The position numbers and the translations under genes are program-made. Shown piece by piece: positions 11,505 to 24,700 of a DNA stretch of 64,000 nt. Positions within the stretch are counted from its first letter, which is position 1; each line of letters opens with the position of its first letter. The stretch lies in assembly GCA_016748015.1 (NCBI GenBank), contig JAAOMT010000387.1, positions 62,001 through 126,000 on the forward strand, written 5' to 3'. The stretch comes from Geosiphon pyriformis uo1 (lineage: Eukaryota; Fungi; Glomeromycota). The notes under the pieces are model-generated. The model was not told where the DNA came from. It saw nothing but the letters and a program-made list of their open reading frames with translations, and ran no database searches.

Positions 11505-14110
11505 ATGGCCGAGAAAAAAAAACTTGTCCTCATAAGGGCTCTTGAAGATAAAATCCGAGACGAAACTGATATACAACAAAGCTTATCTTCAATAATTGAA
11601 TTCACGGAGGTTTTTACCCACTTTAGTCCTCATTAACAGCATTTATACTTGGCTTCAAACTTGAATAAATTCAAAGGTGCTTTCAGGACCCTTCGCCAAA
11701 AATAATACACGCAGCATTACATGCTTTGGGTCGTTTGTTCTCTTCTCTGATTTTAAAGGGTGAATTACAGCGATCCAAGGGTGGAAATGCAACACCAGCC
11801 GAAGATGATGTAGCTATAGAACAAACATGGCTTCGTGAGAAATATATTAGTTATTTAAATAGATTGTGCATACTACTCGGACACGAAGAGCCGGGATTGC
11901 AAGTAAGAGATTCTTTCAAATGTCCTGGATATATTTATCTTGAAAGCTTCTCCCAAATATTGACTTCAGTTTCTTTTTTATCAAGATCCCATCTCTGAAT
12001 ATTTTATTAGATCTTTTGAAGAATGAATCTATGTATTTCACACATGTATCTAGGTCCCATCAATTTTCTAATAATCATTTCTATCGTGTGGTTGAGAGTC
12101 TCATTGATAACGATAATTTCAGTGAACCCTTAAAAAAGGAGTTCTCGGAGAAATATTGGAATTTATATGACGATTTGAGATACTATTTTTTAAAAGACGC
12201 CGCGTTAGTAAAATTATTTTGCCATTCAATGAATATATTAAATAAATTTCTTGTAATAACGCCGAGAAATTTTTATGCGCAAAACCCGTTGAAAGCAAGA
12301 TAATAAATTTTGCTGTGAATAGTGGTAGGAATACGGGAAAATCCGGTCCAAACTCAAAGGTAAGAATGCATTTAAGTATTGTATTGCTTTAACATTAAAT
12401 ATATTAATTTGGGTAGAGATGGAAACTGGCAGGGGAACTATCTGGAAAAAAATTGAACAGAATTATGGAAAATACCTTTGAGATATTAGATAGCTTGCGA
12501 ACAATGCCTACTGAAGAGTCCGAGATCGATAAATTTTGGACAGCGCATCCACTTTCTGGTAAAGCAAAAAATTCCCAGATTTTGGATGAGGATTGAATAA
12601 TAATAAAGAGTTTTTTAACCTTTATTTCTAAAAGCTCTCACTAAGCAATCTGAAGCCGCTGATGACCTCTATGATCAACAGAATCACGATAATGTATCTA
12701 AAAAAGAGGGCAAAATTCCCAAAAAATCTTCAACCAATCATCACAGATTACCAATCCTTCTTCAATTAAACGAACATAAAAGAGTCTTCTCCGAGTGTTG
12801 GCTAGCAGTGTTGAATTTACCCATGACAACGGATTCTTACAAGAAAATTTTGCTAATCATGCACAAGAAAATCATTCCTCACATGTTGAATCCTCCTTTA
12901 CTCTTGGATTTTTTAACAGAGTCCTACAATGCAGGTTGGAGCCTCTTTTTCGCTTCAGGCATTCCATAATTTTTTATAAACCACTCATAATAAAATATGA
13001 GATATTTCCAGGCGGAGTTGTAAGCATACTTGCGCTTAATGGCCTCTTTACCTTGATTCACGAACACAATCTGTAAGGAAAAATCCATGAGTAGGCAAAT
13101 TTATTCTATTAAGGCTAATTACCTTTTTCAAAAGGGATTACCCCGACTTTTACATAAAGCTCTATGGATTATTTGATCGAAACCTAATGCATGTGAAATA
13201 TCGATCAAGATTTTTCCGCCTAGCTGATCTTTTCCTTGCATCAACGTTGGTATCCGATGCATGTCTGCTTAGCATTAACCTACCAATCAAAAGCTTCACA
13301 ACTGTTTCATGTAATTATTTTCATTAGACATCTTCCTGTCCAACTCGTTGCAGCATTCATCAAGCGAATGTCACGTCTTTCATTAACCAGCCCACCACAC
13401 GGGATTGTGATCCTTATTCCGATGATCTACAATTTAATCAAACGCCATCCTAGCTGTATGGTGCTGATACATTGTACAAAAGAGAATTCGCCCAAAGATG
13501 GTAATATTGGATTCGAACCCCTTTTTTTTGAGAAATTTCATTGTAACTTGATTTGAACCTAATTAGTACCAAACCTCGAAAACATAATAGATGAATATGA
13601 TTACAACGAATCAGATCCTATGAAAAGTGGTGCCCTTAATAGCTCATTGTGGGAACTCAAGGTAAGTTTATTTTTAACAACTACTTTGTCTATCCTTCCT
13701 ATTTGCAACCTAATTTTACTGTGCCCTCATAAATATTCAAAGACATTGCAAGAACATTATTACCCAAATGTTGCAACTTTAGCCAAAATATTTGAAGAGC
13801 AATTCAGTAAACCTTCATATAATCTGGAAGATTTCTTGGATCACACATATGCAACGGTACCAAATTTCCCATTTTATTTTCAGCATCCTATTGATTGCTG
13901 AGTGAGCCAATGATGTAATTTCCAATTCTTTAGATATTTTCCAGCGAAGTGGCACGTAAGCCACGGAAAAATAAAACCCCAGCTCTTGCCTTCCAGAAAC
14001 CCGATTTTTTATTTCCAACACAGCTCGATAATGATCTTCAAGAAGGGAAGGATGCTCCAGAGGTTTATGCTGTAAGCGAAGAAACTAGTTGGGAAATATG
14101 GCAATTTTGA
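11505..14110 (+). CDS. NOC4: Nucleolar complex protein 4 (CBF/Mak21 family), about 12 exons
   Basis: Spliced reading with GT-AG introns: MAEKKK..; FSECWLAVL..PLLLDFLTESYNAG/GVVSILALNGLFTLIHEHNL/DYPDFYIKLY..HVKYRSRFFRLADLFLAS/THLPVQLVAAFIKRMSRLSL..; ALNSSLWEL; HYYPNVATLAKIF. Stop TGA at 14108-14110. Approximate exons: 11505-11609, 11687-11902, 11986-12203, 12296-12359, 12417-12558, 12635-12934, 13012-13072, 13135-13245, 13329-13500, 13591-13661, 13743-13856, 13933-14110. Confidence 0.92.
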
Positions 14111-14371
14111 GGTTATACTTATTGCTATCTCAGGTAATTAGATTTTTGATATTTCTCTGGTTTTCTTTGAAAGTCTTAAATTCGATTTATGAGATCAACA
14201 TTTTGTGAATAACTTTCCTTACTAATGTCCATTTTTAATTTAAGTTGATTTTTCGGCGTATATCGTTAGTATTCTTATTACACTGCACCAAAACTCATCG
14301 TACCCTATCATACGATGGGTGTTACTGATTCTTCGATTTTTTAGCAGTAGCAATTGTGGAGACGAATTCTT

Positions 14372-15724
14372 TTAACTTTCAAAATAAAGATACAAGACAT
14401 TTGAACTGATATTAAAACCCAAGAGGGAAAGAAGAAAAAGCACAAGAAATATAGCTACTGGATAAAGAAACATCTCTGTGTGCAAAAGGAAAGGCAATGC
14501 TTGATACGAGTAACGAAACGAGAAGATTAGCAAGATTGTTTTCTAAAATATTCATAAATAAATGAGGATCTCGAAATAAAACACTTACCGTTGTATCCAA
14601 GAAAAGTGATATAAGAATAATAGCTGCACGCTATTAGATACATGGTATTTCCCAACAATAGACATACCCAATTATGTCTAATTAGTACTGGCATTAGAAA
14701 AAATTGCGCCACATATAAGATTAAAAAAAGAGGGAAAAATGAGTTGCAATGCACGTCGAAAGCGTACGCCCATTCAACTGTTTGTTCGACCGCGTGTATT
14801 GTGTGCCGGTGTGTTAGGAATCGATTTGCAAATGACCTGTGCACATGAATAATTAATCAATAAATATAGACAATTCTAAAATGTAAATTTAAACAAGATT
14901 AACTTTACCAGCAAATAGAAGAAATACACATTCCCACAACGACGAAGTCAACAAATACCATGAATGTCATCATCTTCAAAATCCCAATAAAACCATGTCC
15001 ATACACCAAACCCCAAGCGATTGCAGATACTTTTTACATTTTGAACGTACATGTACAAAAAGATTAGTACCGAATATTGTTATAGAAAATGCAAAACTAT
15101 AATTCAAAGGAGATAAAGAAAGAGGATAAAAAACATTTGGCTAAAAGCCTAAGAGGCTAAAAATGACACTAGGAAATCACAACACAGCATGAAAACCTAC
15201 CACAAAGAAAAAATGATAATATTACCACAAATGCTGGATCATCTCTTGCCCACTGATTTTTTGTTTCTGTGATTGAGAATAAAGTGAATTTGGGAAAAGA
15301 AAGCCAGGAAATAAACATGAAAACAATTGGGAACTCACGTTTGTGATAATATATATTTCGATATCTGAAATAAAATTTGAGTTAATATAAGGATGATTGA
15401 ATTTTTGATACTTCTTTTTGTAGTTGAAAGAATATTTACACTCGTCTCGGAGCTATGCATAAATATAGCATTTGCCAAAAAGCGAATTCAAAATCCTTGG
15501 ATCAGGGAAAGAGTACAACCAAACAGACTTTTGTAAAGAGATGGAGCAGAAAAAAGCATCTATGAACTGAGAAACTATATATTCGGTACCATTTGTGGAA
15601 ATCGAAACAATCGTCGAAGAAAAAGTGGTATCGAGGCAGTCCAATATTGGGACCGCCTTCGTTTTTGATTCTGATCGTCATAGCCGTAGAGAGATCGCGT
15701 GGTTGTGGTCGGCAGTATTGGCAT
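14372..15724 (-). CDS. UNC50: UNC-50/Gmh1 family Golgi membrane protein, multi-exon
   Basis: Spliced reading: MPILPTT..LRRLFRFPQM/DFEFA.WQMLYLCIAPRRV/YRNIYYHK/QTKNQWARDDPAF..; VEWAYAFDVHCNSFFPLF..YSYITFLGYN/ALPFL..GFNISS. Stop at 14372-14374. Confidence 0.92.
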
Positions 15725-16440
15725 ATTTTAGTATTTCTTTAGTGCAAGCTAGTAAGAGATTCAGAGTTTCGAGAATTGATTAAATTTACCAAAAAATATC
15801 AGTCATTGAATACTTTTAAATACTTGTCCATCATTGACTCAGATTAGTCAACCAAATAAGGTTAATTGCAAAAATAACATTTTTGGTAGATATTACACCA
15901 GTAATATGAGATATAAAGAATAAGCACAGCATGAATAAACGATTAAAATTCATTAAACTACTGCATCAAGGAATTCACATAAATAAATAATTAAATTACT
16001 GTTTTATAATAAAAAAATAATAAAAATATTATAATTTTGAAAATATTTTTAAGTTTAAATTTTCTGTTTTTAAAATTAAAAAGTAGAAAAATTAATAATT
16101 AAAATGCATTCTTTTATAATTTTTGAGATATTTTATTAAACAATAGAATTTTATTTTGATTTTATATTATATAATTAAAAAAAATTAATTTAAAAATACA
16201 TGGTATTTGAGTATTTTATTAAATTTTAACAATTTATAACACATGTTTTAAAAATTGCTAAACTTTACCAATATAATTTTTAAATATAATTAGAATAATA
16301 AATTTATTATTGGTATTATTAATTAAAATCTAAAACCAAAAACATCTTAAAAATACTTTGAATTTCTATTATTAAATTTAACATTATATTATTTAATATT
16401 TTGGTTATTTAATATTTGAATTATTTTATATTTAAAATAG

Positions 16441-16441
<1 letters not shown>

Positions 16442-16494
<53 letters not shown>
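16442..16494. repeat. (TTA)n microsatellite
   Basis: About 17 tandem TTA units. Confidence 0.95.
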
Positions 16495-17530
16495 TTAAAA
16501 TTTAGTTTTTTATTGTTTAATAAAATATAATCCAATTATAAATATAATTAAATATAAAAATTAATTATAAAAATTATTAATTTAAATATTGTACAAGTTA
16601 TAATAATTAAAATAAATACTTTTTTTTATTGTTTTAATAAAGTATAATCTTTTTATTAGCTATATTAATTACATTAAAATTACTATACTTATAAATTATG
16701 TATTTTTAATATATAATTAATTATTTAGACTTAAGCTAATAAATATTTATTTATTTTTTAAACCAAAAATATTTAATGTTTTAATTTTATTAAAGTAATT
16801 TATAAATATAATTATATATTTATTTTCCTGTTATTTTTTTATAAAAATTTTTTTGCTATAATCTATATATATTGTAATTTATCTAAAAAAATAAGTCTTA
16901 TACTTATTTTTATATTAATTAAAACTTTTAAACACAATATTAAATACTTAAAAAATATTAATTAATTTAAATCTTAAAAACATAAAATAACTTTTAATAT
17001 TTATAAAAATTATTTTTTAACAGTTACCAAAAAAAGAACCAAATTTACCAAAAATTAATTTTCTTAATTATAAAATTCATTAATTTTGATTTTAATTTAA
17101 CTATTTTATTAATAACAACAAAAAAACAATAGTTTTAATACAAAACACTAAATTAACAAATTAATTTTAGATATTAAAAAATAGTTTAAAAAACCAAATA
17201 ATTTAAATCTTATTATCTGTAATAATATTAATATTTAAAAGTTTTTTACTAATATATAATACTTTTATAAAATATTAGTTTTAATAATAGTATTATTAAG
17301 AACTTTTTTAAACTTAAAGATAATAACAACAAATTTTTAACAATAATTGAATTTAGAAAATTAAGAAATAAAACAAGTCTAATTACTAATTTTAAAAACA
17401 GTACAACCAAAAAAACTAACTTAAAATTTACAATAATGTATTAATACAATTTATTAGGCTTTAATATAATACTAAAAACTTTACTAAAAATCTTTAAAAT
17501 TTTGCTTTTTATAAATATATTAAATATTAA

Positions 17531-17909
17531 AGTTCATTTCTTGATTGTCTCTTATCAGGATCTAGTTTGGTTGTCCAGGGCAAAGTTGCGTATTAATTAT
17601 GAAAAAAATGACATGTTGTGTAGAGAACAAGATTATTTGTAATGGTGTTGATAGGTCACCTTTCTGGCTTGGGTTTTTATGTGTTGGATTACTTATCATA
17701 TGTTGGATCATGTAGTCATATAAGGTTTTTCTCTAACATTGCTGATCACTATTTGATTTGTGATAGTTTGAGGGTTATGGTTAGTGTAGTATAGTGTATC
17801 CTTGACTGGCTCGGATGGCTAGTCACATGTAAACAATGCGTAAGTCATGGTCTTCAAACTTTATGTAATAATTAGTGATTAGGCTACACTTTATAACAGC
17901 ATAAAAAAA
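17531..17909 (+). mobile_element. LINE 3'-end fragment (diverged)
   Basis: Resembles the ORF2 C-terminus, then the 3' UTR motif ctggctcggatggctagtcacatgtaaa and an A-tail. Confidence 0.7.
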
Positions 17910-18059
17910 TATATATTATATATTAAAAGAGAGACCATTTACTTAAAATATTTTTAATAATTAATAATTATTTTTTAAACATTATTAAATTTAATAATAT
18001 TACTAAAAAACAAAAAAAATTGCTTTTATTAGTTTAATTTTTGTAATTAAATAATTTTA

Positions 18060-18270
18060 TTGTTATTATTATTATATTTTAATAAAATGTGACCAAACCA
18101 CTTTTTAAAATTATACAATAATACAAAAGATATAATTCATGTATTAGCTACATGTAACCAGCCATTTAAGTTAATTAAATACTTAATTACTATTTAATAC
18201 CAAAGAATTCAGCAATTTTAATAAAATAAAACTATAATTTAAAACAAAACAACCAAAAAATAAAACTAAT
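18060..18270 (-). mobile_element. heavily AT-eroded LINE 3' end
   Basis: ctacatgtaaccagccatttaag matches ctacatgtgaccagccacttagg at 115-137. Confidence 0.55.
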
Positions 18271-18694
18271 TAAATAAGTATTATTTGTGTTTACTAAAAC
18301 TGAATAACTTATATATAACTCTAAATTGAAAATTGAAAATTTATATTTTTTATATAATTATTAATTAAAGCTTAAACAAAATCAATAATTTTAGTTAATA
18401 CCAAATTAAAAAATTTAAAAAATTTAAAATTTTTTATATTATTTTTTAAAATTCAAACTTTTATTAGCAACTATATATTGTATTATTTTTTTGATTAAAA
18501 GTAAATACTATAATATTAAAGAACTAATAATTAAAATCTATATATATAAACTTTATTTTTAATAAAATTATTTATAATTAAATTTTTTTTAGCTGTATTT
18601 AATATGTAAACAAAAAAGTAATTTAATATTTTTATTTTTTTATACTAAATACTTAATTTATTGTAATAATTCTTTTATTATTATTATTATTAAC

Positions 18695-19532
18695 TGGGAT
18701 GCCACTTCGAAAGTATGGCACCCTGATTTGCATATGCTTGCTGGGTCTACCAGTTGGAAGTCTTCTGTTTTACGTTCGTATTTGATGAAAGCTGTACACC
18801 GACGGCTTCTGGTGGCAGTTAGAAAAAGATTGTATAATAAGAGTTATCCTGGTGTGCAATGTTTGCTTTGTGGTGAGGTGAAGCTGCCTAATCATGCTTT
18901 TTCATGTGCATTAGATGTTGGTATCCAGGAGAAAATTCTGGCTGAGGCCTCTGCTTCATGGATCTCTTTGGTGGAGGTTAGTTCTTTGTCTTTTTCTGCT
19001 GTTTTGCAGTTCCTTAGTCTTTGCTCCTCAGATATTGGTCTATACTTGGTTGTGTGTAAAGAGTTTATTATAAAAGACTGGTATGCAGAAGCTGTTGGAG
19101 TTTTTAAAGATAAAAAAGAGGCTGTGGGGATTGTCATCAATTATGTGAGATGTTTTATTAAGTTACATCATTCTAGAATTTGGCTGGTAAGGTCTAAACA
19201 TAGAGTGGATATGGAGAGGGCTGGTTTGGTTGGTGATGGTAGATTGGTGTCAGGTCTTACACAGTGTGCAGTGCAAATGTTGTCAAATGGTGTTGCTAAC
19301 TCCTTTGCAGTTAGCTTTGGTCATTGTAAGTCTTGTCTTTTCTTTTCTGGATTGAATTATAATCCATGTGTTGTTATAGATGTATAGTGGTGTCTTGTTT
19401 GGCCCAAGTGGCTGGCCACATGTAGCAAATGTGTAAACCACATTTAGTTTGAGCCTCTTAGTTTGGCTCTATGTACTAAATAGTGGTTGGGCTTCACTTG
19501 TTAAATGCATTTAATAAAAAAATAAATAAAAA
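18695..19532 (+). mobile_element. 5'-truncated LINE (ORF2 C-terminus with zinc finger, 3' UTR, poly-A)
   Basis: ORF 18728-19387 (WHPD..; CLLCGEV..HAFSC). 3' UTR motif at 19400-19425. Candidate 12-bp TSD ATTATTATTAAC at 18683-18694 and 19533-19544 (low complexity). Confidence 0.9.
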
Positions 19533-19815
19533 ATTATTATTAACAATTTATTATAAAAAGGTTTAATAAAATACATATGTAAATTTACAAATTTATAATT
19601 TATAAACTTATAAAATAATTTAATTACATATTAAGTATTTTTTAATATTATAATATATTATGTTTTAATAAATTATTATTTTTATTTATATTAATAAAAT
19701 TAAAATAAACACCTATGATGAAAGCATAGTTTTTGCTAATAGAATAGCTTTTCCTTTTCCCTTTTCTCTTTTTTTTTCTTCAGTTATTTCTCTCAATACG
19801 CCCCTTTTTGTTGCC

Positions 19816-21768
19816 ATGGAACCGGTGAGTTTGTCTACTGGTGGTTCTGGTTCTGAATTGACTGGGTTGGGGACCCCAGTCTGGCACCAAAAAAAAGGCA
19901 CAAGTTGAAAGTGTCTACTCTTGTGGTCTGTTGTATAAGAAACCTAGAAAACCTGAGGTCACTGGTGGAGTTGTGGATTTGTCTGCTGGCCCTCTGTCTG
20001 CTGCTTTGTTATATTTGGGCGATGAAGAATATAAGGTATCTTGGGGAAGTGAAGTTAAAAACAACAAGTCAAGCATAAGTGGGGTGTTGGATGTAAAGAA
20101 TATGACAAACACTATTGCCAAAGAAACAAGTTATGCAGAATCTGGTGAAGACAATGAAATGAACAAGACTATGCCAAGAAAAACCTGGACCCGTACTTAT
20201 ATGCTAGGCAAACCTCCAAAAGCTCCAACGTTTGACTCCATGAGTGATGATGAGAATGCACTAAGTCTTCCGTCTTTAAAATGTTTAATGGCTCCAATCA
20301 GATGCTGTCTGTCAAGTTACATGTTATGGAAAAGTGAAGCTTCGAACCAGTAAAGTCATTCACTTTAGATGTAGAATTGTCTACTGTGCCTGGAAATACT
20401 AATAGTGATAAGCTCATTTCAATCAAAAAATTTTTTTATAAAATCGATGGTTTTGGGGGAGTTTCAACTCCCTCAAAATTTCCTGGTGTTATTTGTTTAA
20501 CTTTCACAAGTGAGTCTAGTTTGATTAAGGCCAGAAAAATGGCAGTCCATAAGAAAATTGTTGTCAATGGTGATCTCAAAAAAGCAAACATTCATTTGAA
20601 TTGGGAAGTGGTCATTAAGGAGATCCCAGTGGATCTTCCAAAGGTGGCTGTGGAATCAGTTTTTTCTAAATTTGGCAAGATTGTTTCTACTAGGATGCAA
20701 TTGATTAGTCTTTGGCAAAAGGCCCGGATTGAATTTGAGTCATCAGAAGTTGCCAGTTTGGTCACTTCTAAGTGGTCTGTTCTTGTGGGAAAAGATTCAG
20801 TTTGCATAGTGCTGGCTGTTAGTGATAAACAAATGTGGGTATCTAGAGATTAACATTGGGTTATGCTTTATACTTTGCCTGTGGGTACTTCTGCTTATGA
20901 TTTGTCTGATTTGTTGATGTCATATGGTGGGAAGACTTGTTTTATTGGCCGCAATTCCAGTTTATATGTCCACAATTGATGTGCAATCATTTGTTTTGAA
21001 AATGAAGCTGCCAGATTGGCTGCTGTTTATATCATTCCAATTTTCAAGGGTGTTAGTTTGTATTGGACTAGTCTTGTTTTGGCTAGTTGTGCCAAGTGTA
21101 AACAATTTGGTCATATCATTGTCAACTATTCTGTGGGTGGAAGTTCTGGTATTTGTGGAAAAAAGGTAGTTTCTGATCATGATAGGGTTCACTTAACTGG
21201 TATATATAAGAAGAAATTGGCTTCTATTGTCCATCTGGTTTCGTTTGATGGCAAGACATAGGCTCAAGTTGCTAGTGGCACCCCCTCCCATGTGTTTTAT
21301 TCTGGTTTTTTTGGTTCTGGTTTGCGTTCTGGTTTGGTTCCTCCTTCAGCTGTCTCTAATTCTCTTGTTGTTTCCCATTTGGGTGATCATTTGGCAGTTT
21401 TGGAGTGCTCTTTGGAGCTTTTGGCTGATTGTGTTTCTGGCATCCTGGTTAGGTTGGATTCTTTTGGTATGGTTTCTTCAGTTCTTTCTTCTCTGGCCTT
21501 CTCTTCTGTTGTATCTGCAGCTTTGGGTTCTGGGGTGGATTTAGATATGATTGTGGACAATGCTTCAGGTTTTCTTGATATTACCTCCCCTGTTACTGAT
21601 GATACTGTTGTCAATCTCAGTGCTAGTAGTTCCAAGGTTCTTACTGCCAAGGTGGGCAGTTTGGAGACAAAATTGGTCGCTTTGGAAGCTTTAGTTGATT
21701 CAGTTTTAGATAAGTTGAATTTTTTGTGCTCTGGTTTGGGTTTGTTAACTCCCACAGTTTCTCAATGA
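19816..21768 (+). pseudogene. LINE L-b ORF1 (RRM domains + CCHC knuckle), disrupted
   Basis: ATG at 19816. RRM-like VVIKEIPVDL..VFSKFGKIVS..ARIEF; second RRM LYTLPVGT..CAIICFENE; CAKCKQFGH; C-terminal coiled-coil-like LETKLVALEA. Confidence 0.8.
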
Positions 21769-24700
21769 CTCATTTAATTTGGAAGATTGCAACATGCAAT
21801 GTCAGAGATATGAACAATTGTGCAAAGCAAGCAGACATTGTTTGTTGGCATAAGGATATAAACAATCTGGTCTCTATTGTTACTAAAACAAAGTTGTGGA
21901 GAAAAGTTTGCCTTTAGATTGCTGATAGGTTTGATGGTGTTCATGTTTTTACTTCTGGTTTGGATTCTGGTCACATGGGATCTGGTGTTGCTATTATTTT
22001 GAACTCTTTATTGGCAAGACATGTGTGCAAGATTTTGAAGATGCCTGGTCAGCTCTTGTTGGTGAGGCTGCTTTTTAAGAACAAGCTTTCTGTGTCAATT
22101 CTGGGGCTGTATGCTGGCGCTTCTTTGGTGGTTTGTTTCTCTTAGGCTGGTGATATCAACTCTTTCATTGCTAAAGCGGTAAATGAATCTTTCTTCTTCA
22201 TTTTTGGTGGTGATTTCAATGAGAACGGTTCTCACAAATGTGCCAGTTTCAAAAAGTGTTTTGATTTGGATTTGGTTAACTCTTTGAGTAGGAGTTTGTT
22301 TGTGAAATCTCTGACTTGGTGCAATTCTTGTGGTGTTGCAAAGATGATTGACTATGTTTTTGTCTTCTCTAATTTGATTAACACAGTTGTGGATTGCAGT
22401 GTGGCTGGTATTAATAACTTTTTTGATACTGATTATAGGGCTGTTTCTGTGTCTGTGAGTATAGGTAGATTGTTGGATGTGCAGCTTTCTTTATTGTGTA
22501 AACAGACCACCAGGGATTGTTGGAAATTTGACATCAAAAATGCCAATAGAGCTAAGTGATTGGAGTTCAAGAACACTTTGGCTGCTAATGTCTCTATGTT
22601 TTCAGATGCATTTGGTACTGCTGTGAAATTTTCTGATATAGATGCTATGTAGGATATTGTTCACAAGATCATGATTCTTTCTGCAGATGGTACATTTAAA
22701 AGAAAGTGGTTCAAGAGTTTTGATGGCATTTTCATTAAGATGTCTTTTAGGTTTCATAAGCTAGAATTGCTGGTTTCAAAGTTGATCAAGACTTTACGTT
22801 TGGTTTCTAGTGAAGAGTTTGTTGCTTTGTTGGAGGTGTGGCACAGGCTTAATTCTCCTGGTACATCAGTGGTAAAATCTCTGTTTTTTTTAGGTTCTGG
22901 TTTTGATCTTATTTGTTCTGTGCTGGCCAAAGCGAAGAAGTTTTACCGTGCTTCTAAGTTGTTGGAATCCAAATGTGCTGAAAAATCTTCGATCAGGCAG
23001 GCTATTAGTAAGAGGATAGAAAGTTTTGAACTGGACAAGGGTCACACTATTAAGAGTGTTTTGGAGCGTCCCTTTCACAAGGTGGTCTTGGATCATCTGG
23101 TTATGGAAAATGAGTTGATTTTGAAGCCTAACTCTGTCAAATCGAAGGTGGACGAAATTATGGAAGGGTGGACCAGGAAGCGTAGAGTGGTTTCTAATAT
23201 CTCCAAAGATTAGGCTCACCAATATTGGTGTTACCAGACGAAATTAGAGATATTGTTTAACATGAAATTACTCTTATAAATCTTATCATTAATTAGCATA
23301 TATTATCATTTCAAATTATTACTTATTACATTAGCAAAATGTCTGAAATTATCATTTAATTAATAATCCAATTTGTACATAACACAAATGTAACCTAAGT
23401 GTAATAATCAATCATACAATACCCCAAAATATGTAACATTCAAAAGTTTGCCGAAATTTGTAGAAATTCACTGAAATAATTGATAGTTCACTGAAATATC
23501 TAATAGTTCACAGAAATAACTTATAGTTTGCCAAAATGTATCTGTAGTTCAGCAAAATTGTAAAAAAGAGCAAAGTTCAAGTTCATAGAATAGTGTTATG
23601 ACAAGTTGTATAAAAGAAGAGCTTCTCTCTTCAAGAAAATGTATCTTACTTTAGATTTATCACTTAGAACCATTCCTACACACACAAAAAGAAATAAATA
23701 TCAAATAATTTGAAAAAAACCAAATTTTTTAATTATTGCACTTGGAAAATCCTCAAAACCCAACTAACATTTTAAAATTGATTAGTTACTAATTTCAGTA
23801 AACTGTTAGTGACTCCAGGCCTGGATAGAAAACATTTCCCTTGATAAAATCCTATTTCTTTTACATTTCTTTTATTTTTCTTTTCTTTTCTTATTATAAT
23901 CATTAGGATAGCCTACAGACGAGATTTCTGTAGAAAAGTTGACTTTTGCAGCAAAGTAACTACACATTTTTTAGTAAGCTTCCAGACAAGCAATTTCTGG
24001 GAAAGAGTTAATGTTTACTACAATGTAACTACATAAAGTAACTGGCAAGGAATTGGCCATTCCATTTATAAGCCCAGTAGTTCAAATTATAAGAGATAAT
24101 TTGAAGATAAATTCAGTTATTGGAGGTTCAAACACTTCCCATAATTGTGAATTAACAGCATTACAACAAACATACAAGAGCTAAGAAGAGACCAAAAACC
24201 TCCAGTAACATCGGCCTTTAGAGTATGTTTTTGATGGTGCTTTTTCTGGTGTCATGTGTCCGATTAGTTTTGATGAAATGTCAGCAGTCGTCAAGGATTT
24301 TCTTGATAGAAAGGCGGCTAGTCTCTCTGGTATTTCTAACGAATTGTGAAAGTGTTGTGACAAATCAGTTTTGGATATGCTTTTAGTGCTCTTGAACCTG
24401 TGTTTAATTAGTGAGTCAGTTCCTGGATCTTGGAAAAAAGCTTGGGTTTCTATGATCCCTAAACTGTATAAATAGAAGAGAGTTCTTATGAACACTTATC
24501 CTATTGCTTTGATTGAAACGGCCTGCAAAATTCTTTCCAAGATTCTTTCAGATAGGATTTCTTCGGTTTGCAGCACTTTTGATGTCCTTCGCAGAAACAA
24601 TTTTTCAGTTCTAAAAAATACAACAACCCAGTCTCCCATTTTTGCTGTTGGTTCAGTGATTGAAGATGCCCTGGAGAAAAACCGAGAACTCTGGTTGGTT

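Larger units (their letters stand above)
15960..18682. other. extremely AT-rich tract with eroded TE relics
   Basis: Sampled lines are about 85-93% AT. Contains LINE tails at about 17531-17909 and 18060-18270. Confidence 0.7.
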
